A stretch of 64,000 nt of DNA from Marinicella sp. (GCA_965230295.1 OZ246001.1:448001-512000), one strand, 5' to 3'; positions 53,631-64,000 are shown, counted from the first letter of the stretch. Made by a program: numbers and translations. Notes: generated from the sequence alone by a model not told the origin.

Positions 53631-55005
53631 TAGCAGGCACCTTCTGTGGGTCTGGTTGTTGATGCTCGGTGCATGTCAGAGCAATAAAAAACCAGACCTG
53701 GCCCAGCTATACCAGCAACACGCGACTGATCACAGCAACACCCCTTTGGTGCTGATTCATGGCACCATGGGCAGCAAATTACGTTTTAAAGAAACACAAC
53801 AACAAGTTTGGCCTGGAAAAATCAATCAACTGATATTCTCCAATTACAAAAAACTGGCCAACCGCATAGATGCCTCCGGACTTGATGTTGTGGAGCCGGA
53901 CATTGAGTCATATGCCATTTTTGATTCTTATTCAGGTCTCAGTATTTATGATGAAATCATTGATACATTGGTTGAATTTGGAGGCTATCAGCAAAGTGAT
54001 TTCAATCACTTTGATCGCACCAAACGCAACTTATACATTTTTCATTACGACTGGCGTCAGGACAATGTAAAAAGTGCTGCTAAGTTGGATGAATTTATTG
54101 AGCAAGTATTGCAGAATCATCCCAATCACGACCAGGTCGATGTGGTGGCCCATTCCATGGGTGGCTTGATCCTGCGATATTACCAGCGTTATGGCAGTCA
54201 TGATGTTTTGGAGAACATTGAAAAATACATGAGCGGTGAATGGACACCTGACCTGGAACATTATTCAAAAACACACCGAATCAGACACGCCATTTTCTTG
54301 GGAACACCGCAGTTGGGTTCAGTTAAATCGATCAAGCGCTTGCAAGAAGGCTTTGATTTCAACCTGAGAAACATCCCTGTTGAAGTACAAATCACCATGC
54401 CAACAGTCTATCAATTATTACCTCATCCACAGCATCAATGGTCTCTTGACCCCAATGGTGATCCCGTCGATTTGGATTTATTTGACCCCTCTCTGTGGAA
54501 AAATAACCAATGGTCTATTTACAACCCGCAAGTGCAAAAAAAAATCATCAAGCGGGCTCAAAATGAAACATCAGGGCAAGCAGAAGTCAGTAAACTGCAA
54601 CAATTTTTTAACCATCAACTCACGAGGGCACGCCTGTTCTGGCTGGCCTTATCCCCTGGTTTTGAAGATGACCATGAAGGATTCATTATTATGGGTGGTG
54701 ATTGTAAAGACACTTTAAGTCATTTGATTGTCTCACAGGACGAACAATTTATGCAGCTTGGTGACAAAGTCAGCCTGAGTGATCATTTTGGCAGCAGGGC
54801 TCAATACCAAAACATTTTGTTTGAACCTGGAGATGGTCAGGTCAGCAAATCTTCCTTATTAGGTCAAGTCCATGACATTGCCACCCACGAGAACCACAAA
54901 ACCATCAAAATCAAATACCCCGTGTTCGTTTGTGAAGAACACTTCAAGCTCACACAAAACTTAACCTTTCAAGACAATTTATTACATATTCTTTTGCATG
55001 AATGA
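53590..55005 (+). CDS. LCAT/lipase-like alpha/beta hydrolase, probable lipoprotein
   Basis: IHGTMGS, YDWRQD, AHSMGG, GTPQLGS, GDG.V; lipobox LGAC; start uncertain. Confidence 0.8.
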   Translation: MESEPLSNWSKITDSRHLLWVWLLMLGACQSNKKPDLAQLYQQHATDHSNTPLVLIHGTMGSKLRFKETQQQVWPGKINQLIFSNYKKLANRIDASGLDVVEPDIESYAIFDSYSGLSIYDEIIDTLVEFGGYQQSDFNHFDRTKRNLYIFHYDWRQDNVKSAAKLDEFIEQVLQNHPNHDQVDVVAHSMGGLILRYYQRYGSHDVLENIEKYMSGEWTPDLEHYSKTHRIRHAIFLGTPQLGSVKSIKRLQEGFDFNLRNIPVEVQITMPTVYQLLPHPQHQWSLDPNGDPVDLDLFDPSLWKNNQWSIYNPQVQKKIIKRAQNETSGQAEVSKLQQFFNHQLTRARLFWLALSPGFEDDHEGFIIMGGDCKDTLSHLIVSQDEQFMQLGDKVSLSDHFGSRAQYQNILFEPGDGQVSKSSLLGQVHDIATHENHKTIKIKYPVFVCEEHFKLTQNLTFQDNLLHILLHE

Positions 55006-55267
55006 ATAAGTCCCATTGTGTTCCATACCAGGTCTTTTTAATCTTGCCAGCATAGTGTTCAGCTTAAATGATTCGGCAACAAATTTTGTCACCTTGTTCT
55101 TAATAAAATTGAAGTTTCTTCAAAAAACCCGTCATTTATTCACTTTCTTACATACACAAAGTATGTCTATGTATTATTCTGTCAAATTAATCAGATATTT
55201 GCACATTAGCTTGAATACCACCGTATTAAGTTTTAATTTAATCAGGGTGTGATTAATTAATGTGTGT

Positions 55268-56089
55268 ATGAAGATTACATCGGTTTGTGTTTTATTGTGT
55301 TTTACTGCGACTTCAATGGCCTTTGAAGAAATTGAGGTCACACCTATGTATCCCAATGGTTGGGAAGCGGTCAATGTGCGTGATGATGCCATTGTCGAAT
55401 TGAGTCAAAATCAACCCCTGTTCGGTGACGGGTCACTGCTGTTTGCCACTGACACCCAAACATCTGGACAAGACAAAGCGGATTTCCAGAATCTGTGGCA
55501 GCAGTCCACATCCGGGATTGACTTTCCGAATCGCACCTTAGGCAACATATCCAATCTGAACTACGCCTGGTATCGTGACTCATCCAGCACCACCACTCCA
55601 CATTTCACCCCTGTGTTTCGACTTAACTTTTATGATGATGGCGGAACCCCTGGTGATTTAAGCGATGATGTTCTGGGCGTATTGGTATGGGAAGGTGTTT
55701 ACAATGGCTACAATACACCCATTGAGGACAGTTGGGAAATTGTAGACATGATGACTGATAACTTTTGGGTCTTTGTCTCACAAAGCGCCAATGGATCTGG
55801 TGTGGTCCCGATCTACAACATGACATTGGACGACTGGATCAACAGTTCCAATGTGGTATCAGGCAATTTGGACATCACGTTAACTGCCAACACTTACATC
55901 ATTGGCATCAATGTGGGAGTGGGCTCTGGCTGGGGCAGTACTTTTTTAGGGTATGTGGATACCGTCCGCATTGCTTTTGGAGGCAGTGATGACACCTTAT
56001 TCAATTTTGAGCTGTGCCCGGTGTTTGTTCCTAACACCAACCCTGACGTCTTGTTTAACGACTCATTTGAATGCTTCAAAAGATTTTAA
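55268..56089 (+). CDS. secreted beta-rich hypothetical protein with DVLFNDSFE tail
   Basis: Signal peptide; acidic and aromatic-rich. Confidence 0.8.
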   Translation: MKITSVCVLLCFTATSMAFEEIEVTPMYPNGWEAVNVRDDAIVELSQNQPLFGDGSLLFATDTQTSGQDKADFQNLWQQSTSGIDFPNRTLGNISNLNYAWYRDSSSTTTPHFTPVFRLNFYDDGGTPGDLSDDVLGVLVWEGVYNGYNTPIEDSWEIVDMMTDNFWVFVSQSANGSGVVPIYNMTLDDWINSSNVVSGNLDITLTANTYIIGINVGVGSGWGSTFLGYVDTVRIAFGGSDDTLFNFELCPVFVPNTNPDVLFNDSFECFKRF

Positions 56090-56093
56090 GTAT

Positions 56094-57533
56094 TTAAACC
56101 TGGGTGCCACCCACAGTTAATTGGTCAATTTTTAAACTGGGTTGTCCAATCCCGACTGGTATACTTTGTCCATCTTTACCGCAAATACCTAAACCTTGAT
56201 CAAAGGCCAAATCATTACCCACCATACTGACTTTTTGCATCGCTGCAGGTCCATCACCAATGAGTGTTGCTCCTTTGACCGGATATGTGATCTTGCCTTT
56301 TTCAACCATGTAAGCTTCAGATGCGGAGAAGACAAATTTGCCGTTGGTGATGTCCACCTGCCCTCCACTGAAATTAACCGCATACAAACCTTTATCAACA
56401 GACGCGATGATTTCTTGTGGGTCATATTCCCCGCCTAACATATAAGTATTGGTCATGCGTGGCATGGGTAAATGGGCGAAAGATTCACGCCGTCCATTTC
56501 CAGTGGTGGGCACACCCATCAATCTGGCATTCAATTTGTCTTGCATGTAACCACGCAAGATGCCATCTTCAATCAATACATTTTCTTGTGATTGCGTGCC
56601 TTCATCATCGATGTTCAAAGAACCTCGACGATTAGGTAACAGGCCACTGTCAATGATGGTACAAGCAGATGAGGTCACTTGCTGGCCAACTTTGCCAGAG
56701 AATGCTGAAGAACCTTTGCGATTGAAGTCACCTTCCAAACCATGGCCAACGGCTTCATGTAACAACACGCCAGGCCAACCACCTGCCAAGACCACAGGCA
56801 TTTCTCCTGCTGGTGCCGGCTTGGCCTGCAGGTTGACCAAGGCGCCATGGATGGCTTGACTGACAAAATCATCGGCATAACCTGCTTTAAACACTTCAGA
56901 CAACAATACCCGACCGCCCCCACCGGCATAACCCATTTCCATTCGGCCTTTGTCATCAGCACAAATCACTTGAATACTCAATTTCACCATGGGACGGATG
57001 TCAGCTGCAAACACCCCATCTGTGGCAGCCACCATCACTTCTTCTTGAGACGAAACCAAAGAACATATGACTTTCTGAACCCGGTGATCCTGTTTCCTTG
57101 CTGCCGCATCCATGTCATTCAATAAAGCAATGATGGCCGCATTGTCGACACCAGAAAGCACATCGATCGGGGTATACAATTCGGGTACTTGATGGCCTGT
57201 TAAGCCAACGCCACGATGGTTTGACTGACTGCGGGCAATGCTTCTGGCCGTTTGTACGGCTTGACTGATACCGGCCTTATCCAAGACATCGGTATAAGCA
57301 AACCCAGTCTTCTCGCCCTGGTTGATGCGCACACCTACACCTTGGTCTATGCTGTGACTGCCTGATTTAACCTGCTGATTCTCCAGCACCCAGGATTCCA
57401 GTCGAGAAGATTGAAAATACAGGTCGGCAAAATCACCACCGGTACCCAAAGCATCACCGAGTAATGATTCCAAATCTGCAACGTTCAGCCCACCGGGCTC
57501 AAGAAAAGTTTTACTGGTTTGTTTGATTGACAT
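56094..57533 (-). CDS. tldD: metalloprotease TldD
   Basis: GVLLHEAVGHGLEGDFNRK, PMPRMTNT, CGKDGQ. Confidence 0.96.
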   Translation of the reverse strand: MSIKQTSKTFLEPGGLNVADLESLLGDALGTGGDFADLYFQSSRLESWVLENQQVKSGSHSIDQGVGVRINQGEKTGFAYTDVLDKAGISQAVQTARSIARSQSNHRGVGLTGHQVPELYTPIDVLSGVDNAAIIALLNDMDAAARKQDHRVQKVICSLVSSQEEVMVAATDGVFAADIRPMVKLSIQVICADDKGRMEMGYAGGGGRVLLSEVFKAGYADDFVSQAIHGALVNLQAKPAPAGEMPVVLAGGWPGVLLHEAVGHGLEGDFNRKGSSAFSGKVGQQVTSSACTIIDSGLLPNRRGSLNIDDEGTQSQENVLIEDGILRGYMQDKLNARLMGVPTTGNGRRESFAHLPMPRMTNTYMLGGEYDPQEIIASVDKGLYAVNFSGGQVDITNGKFVFSASEAYMVEKGKITYPVKGATLIGDGPAAMQKVSMVGNDLAFDQGLGICGKDGQSIPVGIGQPSLKIDQLTVGGTQV

Positions 57534-58347
57534 TATTTTTGATATTGATGAGGTAAGTTAATAGCATTGATGCAATGACATAAGCGACGAAATAAAACAC
57601 GCCAATTTGTAAAGTCGCATCTGTGGCACCACCTGACTTGGTGGTGAAGTAGGTGACTAATATGGCAATCACAAAAACATCTAGCATGGACCATTTACCA
57701 ATGGTCTTCAATACCCTGATGCTTTTCTGTGAAAAATGCAGGTTCTGACTGAACAGCACCACCAACATCATCACTGACTTAAATATCGGGGTCAAAATGG
57801 TGAAAATAAAGATGATGATGGCGATTGCCGTCTGCCCGGATTCATACAGTTTTTGTAGGGCAGAAACAATACTTTTTGATTCAAACTGGAAGACTGTTTG
57901 ACCTAATACAGGTATGTCTTGATAGGCGATGATGGCCAAAATAGGTGCAAACCAACCAGTCACCAAGGCCATCACTGTCACCATCAACAAAGCCAATAAG
58001 GACACTTTTGATTGTAAAAACCCATGCAACAAAAACATCAAAACCAAAGTTGCAATGAATAACTTGGTGTATTTATTGGCCAATTTATCATGAGCCTCAG
58101 CTTGTTCTTTCAACGCATTCAAAGCTTCCAAATCTTCGCTGTGACCAGAATACCAACTGAAAGTTATGGCTTCTAATACCTTTTTACTTTTGGATTTGAA
58201 GTTATCAGTCATCGACAACTTTTCTGAAAGTTCTCCAATACGATGTTCATAAGCCAGTGACTGGCCCCATGATTCATAAGCCAAATAAGCACAAAAACTG
58301 GTGGCAACCAACAGGTAGATGATTTGAGCCCATGTTTTTTTATTCAT
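57511..58347 (-). CDS. paraquat-inducible protein A (PqiA) domain membrane protein
   Basis: IGKWSMLDVFVIAILV motif; several TM helices. Confidence 0.8.
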   Translation of the reverse strand: MNKKTWAQIIYLLVATSFCAYLAYESWGQSLAYEHRIGELSEKLSMTDNFKSKSKKVLEAITFSWYSGHSEDLEALNALKEQAEAHDKLANKYTKLFIATLVLMFLLHGFLQSKVSLLALLMVTVMALVTGWFAPILAIIAYQDIPVLGQTVFQFESKSIVSALQKLYESGQTAIAIIIFIFTILTPIFKSVMMLVVLFSQNLHFSQKSIRVLKTIGKWSMLDVFVIAILVTYFTTKSGGATDATLQIGVFYFVAYVIASMLLTYLINIKNNVNQTNQ

Positions 58348-61300
58348 CAGATATCAACTCTATCAATGGATCATCCCAGGTTCCCGTGACCTGATAAATG
58401 ATTTCATTTTTATTTTTCAACTGTTTATCAAACAACCCTTGAACCAAAAATCCTGCTGCGGCTCCGACCGGACCTCCTGCAATGGCACCTATGGTTGGGA
58501 AGGTTTTTCCTATTTGTGGCCGAACGGTGATGATTTGTGCATAACTTTGATCTGCAAAACCGACATCACCTTCGATGTGAATTTTAGCAGAAGATGCCTT
58601 GATTAAAAAATCTTGGGTGTTGGCCACTCCGGACTTGATCTCAAAATGCCCTTCCATACTACTGAATAACAACCCATCTGATAAAACATCACGAAAATCC
58701 AAGATCAAGCGGCGTGGTAAATTAGTCAAATTGAACAGGCCCAAAACCCGACCAAATCCGGGGTCCTGATCTAAAACCTGACCCTGTCCAATTTTAATGT
58801 CCAAGGCACCATCAATGGTGGCCATGTTAAATTGACTGGGCAAACCTGACCATTGTGCTTTCATTTCTACCAACGTTTGTGCATTGGTGATGGGGGCATT
58901 GAAACCCATGGTATGTAAAAAATCTGCAATCTTTTCAGAAAACATCACCACATTGAATGCTGAATACCCAAGCGCTCCCTCACCTTTGTTCCAACTGCCA
59001 GAAACATTGATTTCAGCCAATTCTGATTTGATACTGAGCTGATCCACTTTAATGCCATCTGCTACATTGCGCATTTCCATGCGTAACTCGCCTAAAGGAA
59101 CAGCTGAATAGCTGAATTGCCCAACCCATAAATGGATGTCAGGAATTTCTGCACTTTCTTTGTCATCTTTGTGTTGTGTATCAATGACATCAGCATCAAT
59201 CCAGTTCAAGTGGTCAAATTCGGCCACTATTCCTTTTTGTTTCACGTCATCATCGATCACCAATTGCCCTTTGATGGCTTCGCTGTCCACTTGAATGTGA
59301 TAACTGTTCGGCTCTCTTTTGATGTTCAAAGACATGTCTGTAAACGTTCTGGACATGAACACCAATTCATTGATTTGTAAATTGACTTCACTGACTGGCA
59401 ATGCATGCTCAGGTTTTTCCAATTCAGCGTTTGTGCCCGGGTTTGATTTTTGAGCGACCAAAGCCAGCCATTGATCCAAATCCAATAGCTGAATGTGTCC
59501 GCCGAAGGCATCGATGGATGTCTCGACTGATGGGTCCTCAACGGCTTGTATAAACTGTAATTTAGATAAATGGTAGCGGCCTGCTTCAGCATGGATGGTG
59601 GACTTTATCTCGTTGTTGTAATTGATTTCTACTGAAGTGTTGTTACAAGGGATGTTGCATTTGATTTCTAATGATTTGTCTTCATCGGCTGTTTTTTCCA
59701 GCGGTGCAGGCAAGTTTATGGCCACCCCGGATAATTCAGAAGTGGCTGTCATCATGAGGTTATCCTGTTGATTCTGGATGTTGATGTTCCAATCCGACTG
59801 GCCTGTTATTGGTAACTGCTGATCAATCAATCCCAACAGGTAATCGGCACCCAAGGGTCCTTTTAAATTAACATCAATCACCACACCTGTTTCACTTTTG
59901 GTGATGATTTTACCATTTAGATTAACTGCAGCATCATTCAATTGTGCCGGTAAATCTTGCATCAACAATTGATAGCCGTCCAGTTCAACTGGCCCATTGA
60001 TTTGATCAATGGCGAAATGTTCGGTAAAGAACTGGCCTTGATTGAAGACCACCTGCCCTTGCGGTTCAAATGCTTGTTTTACTTCAGGTTTAACAGAAAC
60101 ATCGAAGTCCAAGTCAATCTTTTGCTGACCACCCACACGAATGAACTCGTTGAGCTCAATGTTCTTAACCAATGGTGATTTGCGGATGTAGTCAAGAATT
60201 TGATTGTCCTTACTTTGAGCTTTCATATCAACCGCAATGATACCGCTGTCAAACGAATCTAAGTCCACTTGCGCCTGATTGACTTGAATGCCAAGGGTAT
60301 CTGCAGAGACCACCGTTACATTGGCTGAATCATGATCAAATTCAGCCACTGAGTTGATGTTATTGACCACCGGCCATTGAGGATGAAACAAATTATCAAT
60401 GCCCTCTGTGTAGGCCCGGGAATTAAAGACCGCGCGTTCTGTTTTGAATGCTTGAGGCACCATGTCTACATGTACAAACACAAAACCCCTTTTGACTTGT
60501 CCAGCCAATAAACCGTTGTCCAACCAAGCCAATGTCTTTGGTTTCCATACATTGTGCGGCCAGTACTTCCACAACGAAGTCACATCAACTGCCGTGACTT
60601 GGCTGCTGAGAATCAGTTCCTTTTCTTGTTCATGTCTGAAATCAGACCAGGCTTGTAGATTGAAATCTCCACAGGCACACCAGAGGTTATTAACTGCTAA
60701 TTTCGGTTTTGGAGTCGACCAATCAAGAGTCATTTGTGCATTCATGTTATTCCAACCCAACAATCCCCTGAACATGTCTGGAACAGCCAAAGTGCCAGCC
60801 CCGGAGTCCAGCAGCATTTGCCCAGCCGAATCGTTGAATTCAAGTTCACCTGACAAACCTGTGAAATTGAATTTGTCATTTTGCAAACCAAATTCTGAAA
60901 ACTTGAGGAACCCAGAGTTGGCAGATTCATTGTGCCGCTCTAGATTTAATTCGAATAAGTCAATGTTGCCACTGATTTGATTGAGTTGTTGTGTATTGAC
61001 CGCTTGGCTCAAGCCCAAATCACTGACCACCTGTAACGCCCAGACCAGCGGCACCTGTGTGGATTTGATTTGACTGAGAGACGATTCACGCTGGAGCCCA
61101 ATATTGAAGTCTGGCCAATGGGTCTGGCCTTTAACAATGTCATAGACACTGATGTTTGCCAACCAACTTTTGGCTTCACCTTGATGTTTTAATTTCACCC
61201 CGAAGGAGAATGCTTCATCGGCATTAAGCCAATTGAGTTGACCGGTCATGGTTTGAATGTAGCCTGCTTGAGCAGTCAACCAAATTTCACCATCCAATTG

Positions 61301-62056
61301 TCCTTTAAGCTGGCCTTTTCGTAAGCCTATATTGGTCACCAGATCTTTGATGTTGCTCAACTCAAATTGATCGAATTTAATGTACCATTGGGCATCACGT
61401 GTCAGGGATTCAGTTCTTAATCCTTTACTCAACACCTCAACACTTTGATCATTGTCTTCATTGCGAATAATCAGCTGTAAAGCCCTGTGAGACTGATCCT
61501 GTTCTAACAACACATCAGCTTTCAGACCAGCCAACAAAACCTCTCCGGATTCATCGGCCAGGTTCAAAGTCATTTCATCCACCCGCAACGATCCGGTGGT
61601 CAATACTCGATCCAGCATTTCTGTGAACCTGGCTTCATCATCGTCATCATTGATGGTAATGCTGGCACCTTGGTCTGAACGAATCATGTCCAATTCTGCT
61701 TTGTTGATGCTCAAGTCAATACCGGTACGCCCACCTGGAATCAGCAATTGATAGACATTGATAGACAAATCTGCTGACTCTAACTGTACGCTTTGCTTAC
61801 CCGTTAATTTAAGGTTTGACAGTTCAAAATAAGGCCCATACCCTCGCCAGGAACCATCAATTTCATCGACATCTACTGCCAATCCCCATTGTTTTGCCAA
61901 GAATTTTTCCAAACGGTCCTGGTACAAAGTCTCAAACGGCAGCAACAAACTCAGTAAACCAACTGCCAGGCCAGCCAACACTATCACCAACGCCAGTAAA
62001 CCACGGATTTTTATCCACAGCCTAAACAGCCAATGATGTTTTTTGGTTTTAGTCAT
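58340..62056 (-). CDS. yhdP: AsmA-like phospholipid transporter YhdP
   Basis: N-terminal TM, long beta-rich body, LPRRLILDFRD, YQVTGTWDDP; rng-yhdP-tldD context. Confidence 0.9.
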   Translation of the reverse strand: MTKTKKHHWLFRLWIKIRGLLALVIVLAGLAVGLLSLLLPFETLYQDRLEKFLAKQWGLAVDVDEIDGSWRGYGPYFELSNLKLTGKQSVQLESADLSINVYQLLIPGGRTGIDLSINKAELDMIRSDQGASITINDDDDEARFTEMLDRVLTTGSLRVDEMTLNLADESGEVLLAGLKADVLLEQDQSHRALQLIIRNEDNDQSVEVLSKGLRTESLTRDAQWYIKFDQFELSNIKDLVTNIGLRKGQLKGQLDGEIWLTAQAGYIQTMTGQLNWLNADEAFSFGVKLKHQGEAKSWLANISVYDIVKGQTHWPDFNIGLQRESSLSQIKSTQVPLVWALQVVSDLGLSQAVNTQQLNQISGNIDLFELNLERHNESANSGFLKFSEFGLQNDKFNFTGLSGELEFNDSAGQMLLDSGAGTLAVPDMFRGLLGWNNMNAQMTLDWSTPKPKLAVNNLWCACGDFNLQAWSDFRHEQEKELILSSQVTAVDVTSLWKYWPHNVWKPKTLAWLDNGLLAGQVKRGFVFVHVDMVPQAFKTERAVFNSRAYTEGIDNLFHPQWPVVNNINSVAEFDHDSANVTVVSADTLGIQVNQAQVDLDSFDSGIIAVDMKAQSKDNQILDYIRKSPLVKNIELNEFIRVGGQQKIDLDFDVSVKPEVKQAFEPQGQVVFNQGQFFTEHFAIDQINGPVELDGYQLLMQDLPAQLNDAAVNLNGKIITKSETGVVIDVNLKGPLGADYLLGLIDQQLPITGQSDWNINIQNQQDNLMMTATSELSGVAINLPAPLEKTADEDKSLEIKCNIPCNNTSVEINYNNEIKSTIHAEAGRYHLSKLQFIQAVEDPSVETSIDAFGGHIQLLDLDQWLALVAQKSNPGTNAELEKPEHALPVSEVNLQINELVFMSRTFTDMSLNIKREPNSYHIQVDSEAIKGQLVIDDDVKQKGIVAEFDHLNWIDADVIDTQHKDDKESAEIPDIHLWVGQFSYSAVPLGELRMEMRNVADGIKVDQLSIKSELAEINVSGSWNKGEGALGYSAFNVVMFSEKIADFLHTMGFNAPITNAQTLVEMKAQWSGLPSQFNMATIDGALDIKIGQGQVLDQDPGFGRVLGLFNLTNLPRRLILDFRDVLSDGLLFSSMEGHFEIKSGVANTQDFLIKASSAKIHIEGDVGFADQSYAQIITVRPQIGKTFPTIGAIAGGPVGAAAGFLVQGLFDKQLKNKNEIIYQVTGTWDDPLIELISDE

Positions 62057-62067
62057 GCCTGAATAAC

Positions 62068-63543
62068 CTACAACAAGACCACGTCATGTTGGTGTCTTTC
62101 ATAACTTTCTTCGGCTTGAAAGCTGATGCGCTTACCCAGGCTTTCTTCCATTTCAGCCAAGGTTTCGGAATGCTCATCAATGATGTATTGGACCAACCTG
62201 GCTGAACCAATAACCATCACCTTGCTTGCTTTGAATTGTTTTACAGAACGGGTGATTTCACGGAACAGTTTAAAACTGATGGTTTCAATGGTTTCAATAG
62301 AACCCACACCATGACATTTATCACAAGGTTCACACAGCATGTCTTGTAAATTTTCTGTGGTGCGCTTACGGGTCATTTCAACCAGTCCCAGCCCAGTGAA
62401 TCCAAGCACATTGGTTCGGGCACTGTCACCCTCTAACTGCTCCTCCAAGGTCTGCAAAACCTGTAATTTATGTGACTTCTCAATCATGTCAATGAAATCA
62501 ATGATCACGATACCCCCGATGTTGCGAAGTCGCAATTGCCTTGCAATGATCTGAGCCGCTTCCAGGTTGGTCTTAAAAGCCGTGTCTTCTAATGACTTGT
62601 AACCAACAAATTGCCCCGTGTTTACATCGATGGTGGTCATGGCTTCATTTTGATCAAAAATCAAATTACCGCCCGATTTCAATTCAACTTTCCTGCCTAT
62701 GGAACGGTCAATTTCATCATCGATATGAAATTGATCGAACAACGGCCGTGAAACTTTGTGTTCAACCAAATCACCGGCCCACTCTGCAGCAAAGTCTTGT
62801 AAAAAGGCCTCCAACCGCAAGTAAATATCATGTGAATCAGTGGTTATTTTTGTCAAGTTTTCATTGACCTGATCGCGCACCACTTTTTTTGCCAGTGAAA
62901 ATTCACTGTAGATCAAACTGGGCGATTTTGCTTGGTTGATTTGTTGGTCCAGGCGTTGCCAAAGGCGATGCAAAAAGCGCCAATCATGAAACAATGCCGT
63001 GTGACTCACCAATTCAGCATTGGTCCTGGCAATCAAACCAAAGTCCTGATTCTCATGATTAATTTTTTGCAGCAACTCTGTTAACCGTTCACGTTCCTGG
63101 TCATCGGTAATTCGAGCCGATATGGCTGTGAGTGAGTGATTGTTCGGCATCATAACCAAATACCGGCTGGGGATACTTAGTTGAGTGGTGATGCGTGCCC
63201 CTTTGCTGCCGATTTGATCTTTGTATACTTGAACAACTATCGACTGACCTTCATGCAAAATTTGTGCAATCGAGCCATAGTTGGCCTCATAACCATCCGG
63301 GCGGTTATCGGCGTGTTGTTCTTCAATGTCGGACACATGGATAAAAGCGGCTTTTGACTCGCCAATGTTAACGAAAGCAGCTTGTAATCCAGGCAGAACT
63401 TTCTCGACAGTTCCTTTATATATGTTACCCACCAGGGAATGTTGTTGTGAACGTTCTAACCAAACTTCAGACAGCAAGCCTTCTTCGACCAAAGCCACCC
63501 TGGTTTCAAAATCATTGCTGTTGATCAATATTTCTTTAGACAT
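62068..63543 (-). CDS. rng: ribonuclease G
   Basis: GNIYKG, S1 domain, IDVNTG, LRLRNIGGIVIIDFIDM. Confidence 0.95.
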   Translation of the reverse strand: MSKEILINSNDFETRVALVEEGLLSEVWLERSQQHSLVGNIYKGTVEKVLPGLQAAFVNIGESKAAFIHVSDIEEQHADNRPDGYEANYGSIAQILHEGQSIVVQVYKDQIGSKGARITTQLSIPSRYLVMMPNNHSLTAISARITDDQERERLTELLQKINHENQDFGLIARTNAELVSHTALFHDWRFLHRLWQRLDQQINQAKSPSLIYSEFSLAKKVVRDQVNENLTKITTDSHDIYLRLEAFLQDFAAEWAGDLVEHKVSRPLFDQFHIDDEIDRSIGRKVELKSGGNLIFDQNEAMTTIDVNTGQFVGYKSLEDTAFKTNLEAAQIIARQLRLRNIGGIVIIDFIDMIEKSHKLQVLQTLEEQLEGDSARTNVLGFTGLGLVEMTRKRTTENLQDMLCEPCDKCHGVGSIETIETISFKLFREITRSVKQFKASKVMVIGSARLVQYIIDEHSETLAEMEESLGKRISFQAEESYERHQHDVVLL

Positions 63544-63564
63544 GCATTCACTCAATTCATTCCA

Positions 63565-63999
63565 TCAAGCCTGGGCGTCTAAAATTGACTTGACACCCAA
63601 TTCATTCAATAACTCGGTCGTTTCATACAGTGGCAAGCCCATGATGGCGCTGTAACTGCCTGTTATTCGCTGTATCCACATGGCAGCCAAGCCCTGAATA
63701 CCGTAAGAACCTGCTTTATCCATGGGTTCACCGGTTTTGATGTATGCTTTAATTTGTGCTTCACTGGGTGATGACATCTGCACCGAATTTTCGCTCAATG
63801 TGCTGGCCTGTTTACCCTGATAGGCTACTGTTACAGATGAGTATACTTGATGTGTCTTACCAGAAAGTTTAATTAATGTTAATAATGCCTGATATTCAGT
63901 TTCAGGTTTGCCCAGGATTTCACCCTCACAAACCACGATGGTATCGGCTGTGATGATGGGTAATTCGGTATCAATCAGCTCAACGGCAGCCAATGACTT
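63565..63999 (-). CDS. maf: Maf/YhdE nucleoside triphosphate pyrophosphatase (5' truncated by window edge)
   Basis: ADTIV, ILGKP, GEPMDKAGSYGIQG, GLPL. Confidence 0.93.
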   Translation of the reverse strand, partial: KSLAAVELIDTELPIITADTIVVCEGEILGKPETEYQALLTLIKLSGKTHQVYSSVTVAYQGKQASTLSENSVQMSSPSEAQIKAYIKTGEPMDKAGSYGIQGLAAMWIQRITGSYSAIMGLPLYETTELLNELGVKSILDAQA

Positions 64000-64000
64000 T

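Noticed and set aside
55006-55267. GTC repeats and a 78-aa ORF in an AT-rich spacer
   Set aside because: Spacing is not periodic and the ORF looks like translated promoter DNA.
60462-60980. Long antisense ORFs (also 15957..16442, 30909..31313 and others)
   Set aside because: Lie opposite well-supported genes; expected shadow frames with no recognisable motifs.

Overview
Mostly core chromosome of a marine-type gammaproteobacterium; a Marinicella/Xanthomonadales-like affiliation is inferred from gene order and protein style, not proven. Housekeeping blocks: nudix-miaB-phoH-ybeY, uvrA, phoB, truD, parC, hemF, surE-pcm-nlpD, purB-roxA, gcvT-gcvH-gcvPA and maf-rng-yhdP-pqiA-tldD. These are interspersed with many peptidases and secreted proteins of unknown function. 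I saw no tRNA, rRNA, CRISPR array, prophage or transposase. The most interesting signal is a candidate surface display/sorting system. (i) A 9-residue D-x-[IL]-[FY]-x-D-x-[FN]-E tag occurs on four unrelated proteins, three times at the C-terminus and once just behind the signal peptide. (ii) A tandem ~120-aa C-terminal domain ending in C-[DE]-stop is shared by an M14 carboxypeptidase and a beta-propeller/di-heme protein. (iii) There is a tandem pair of S-layer-like paralogs, only one of which carries the tag. Also seen: a candidate ~77-nt sRNA with a C-rich loop, a 266-bp MITE whose end sequence also forms the ybeY C-terminus, REP clusters, a Bacteroidetes-style hybrid two-component system with 21-bp-spaced direct repeats upstream, and a 57-aa membrane protein missed by the ORF track.
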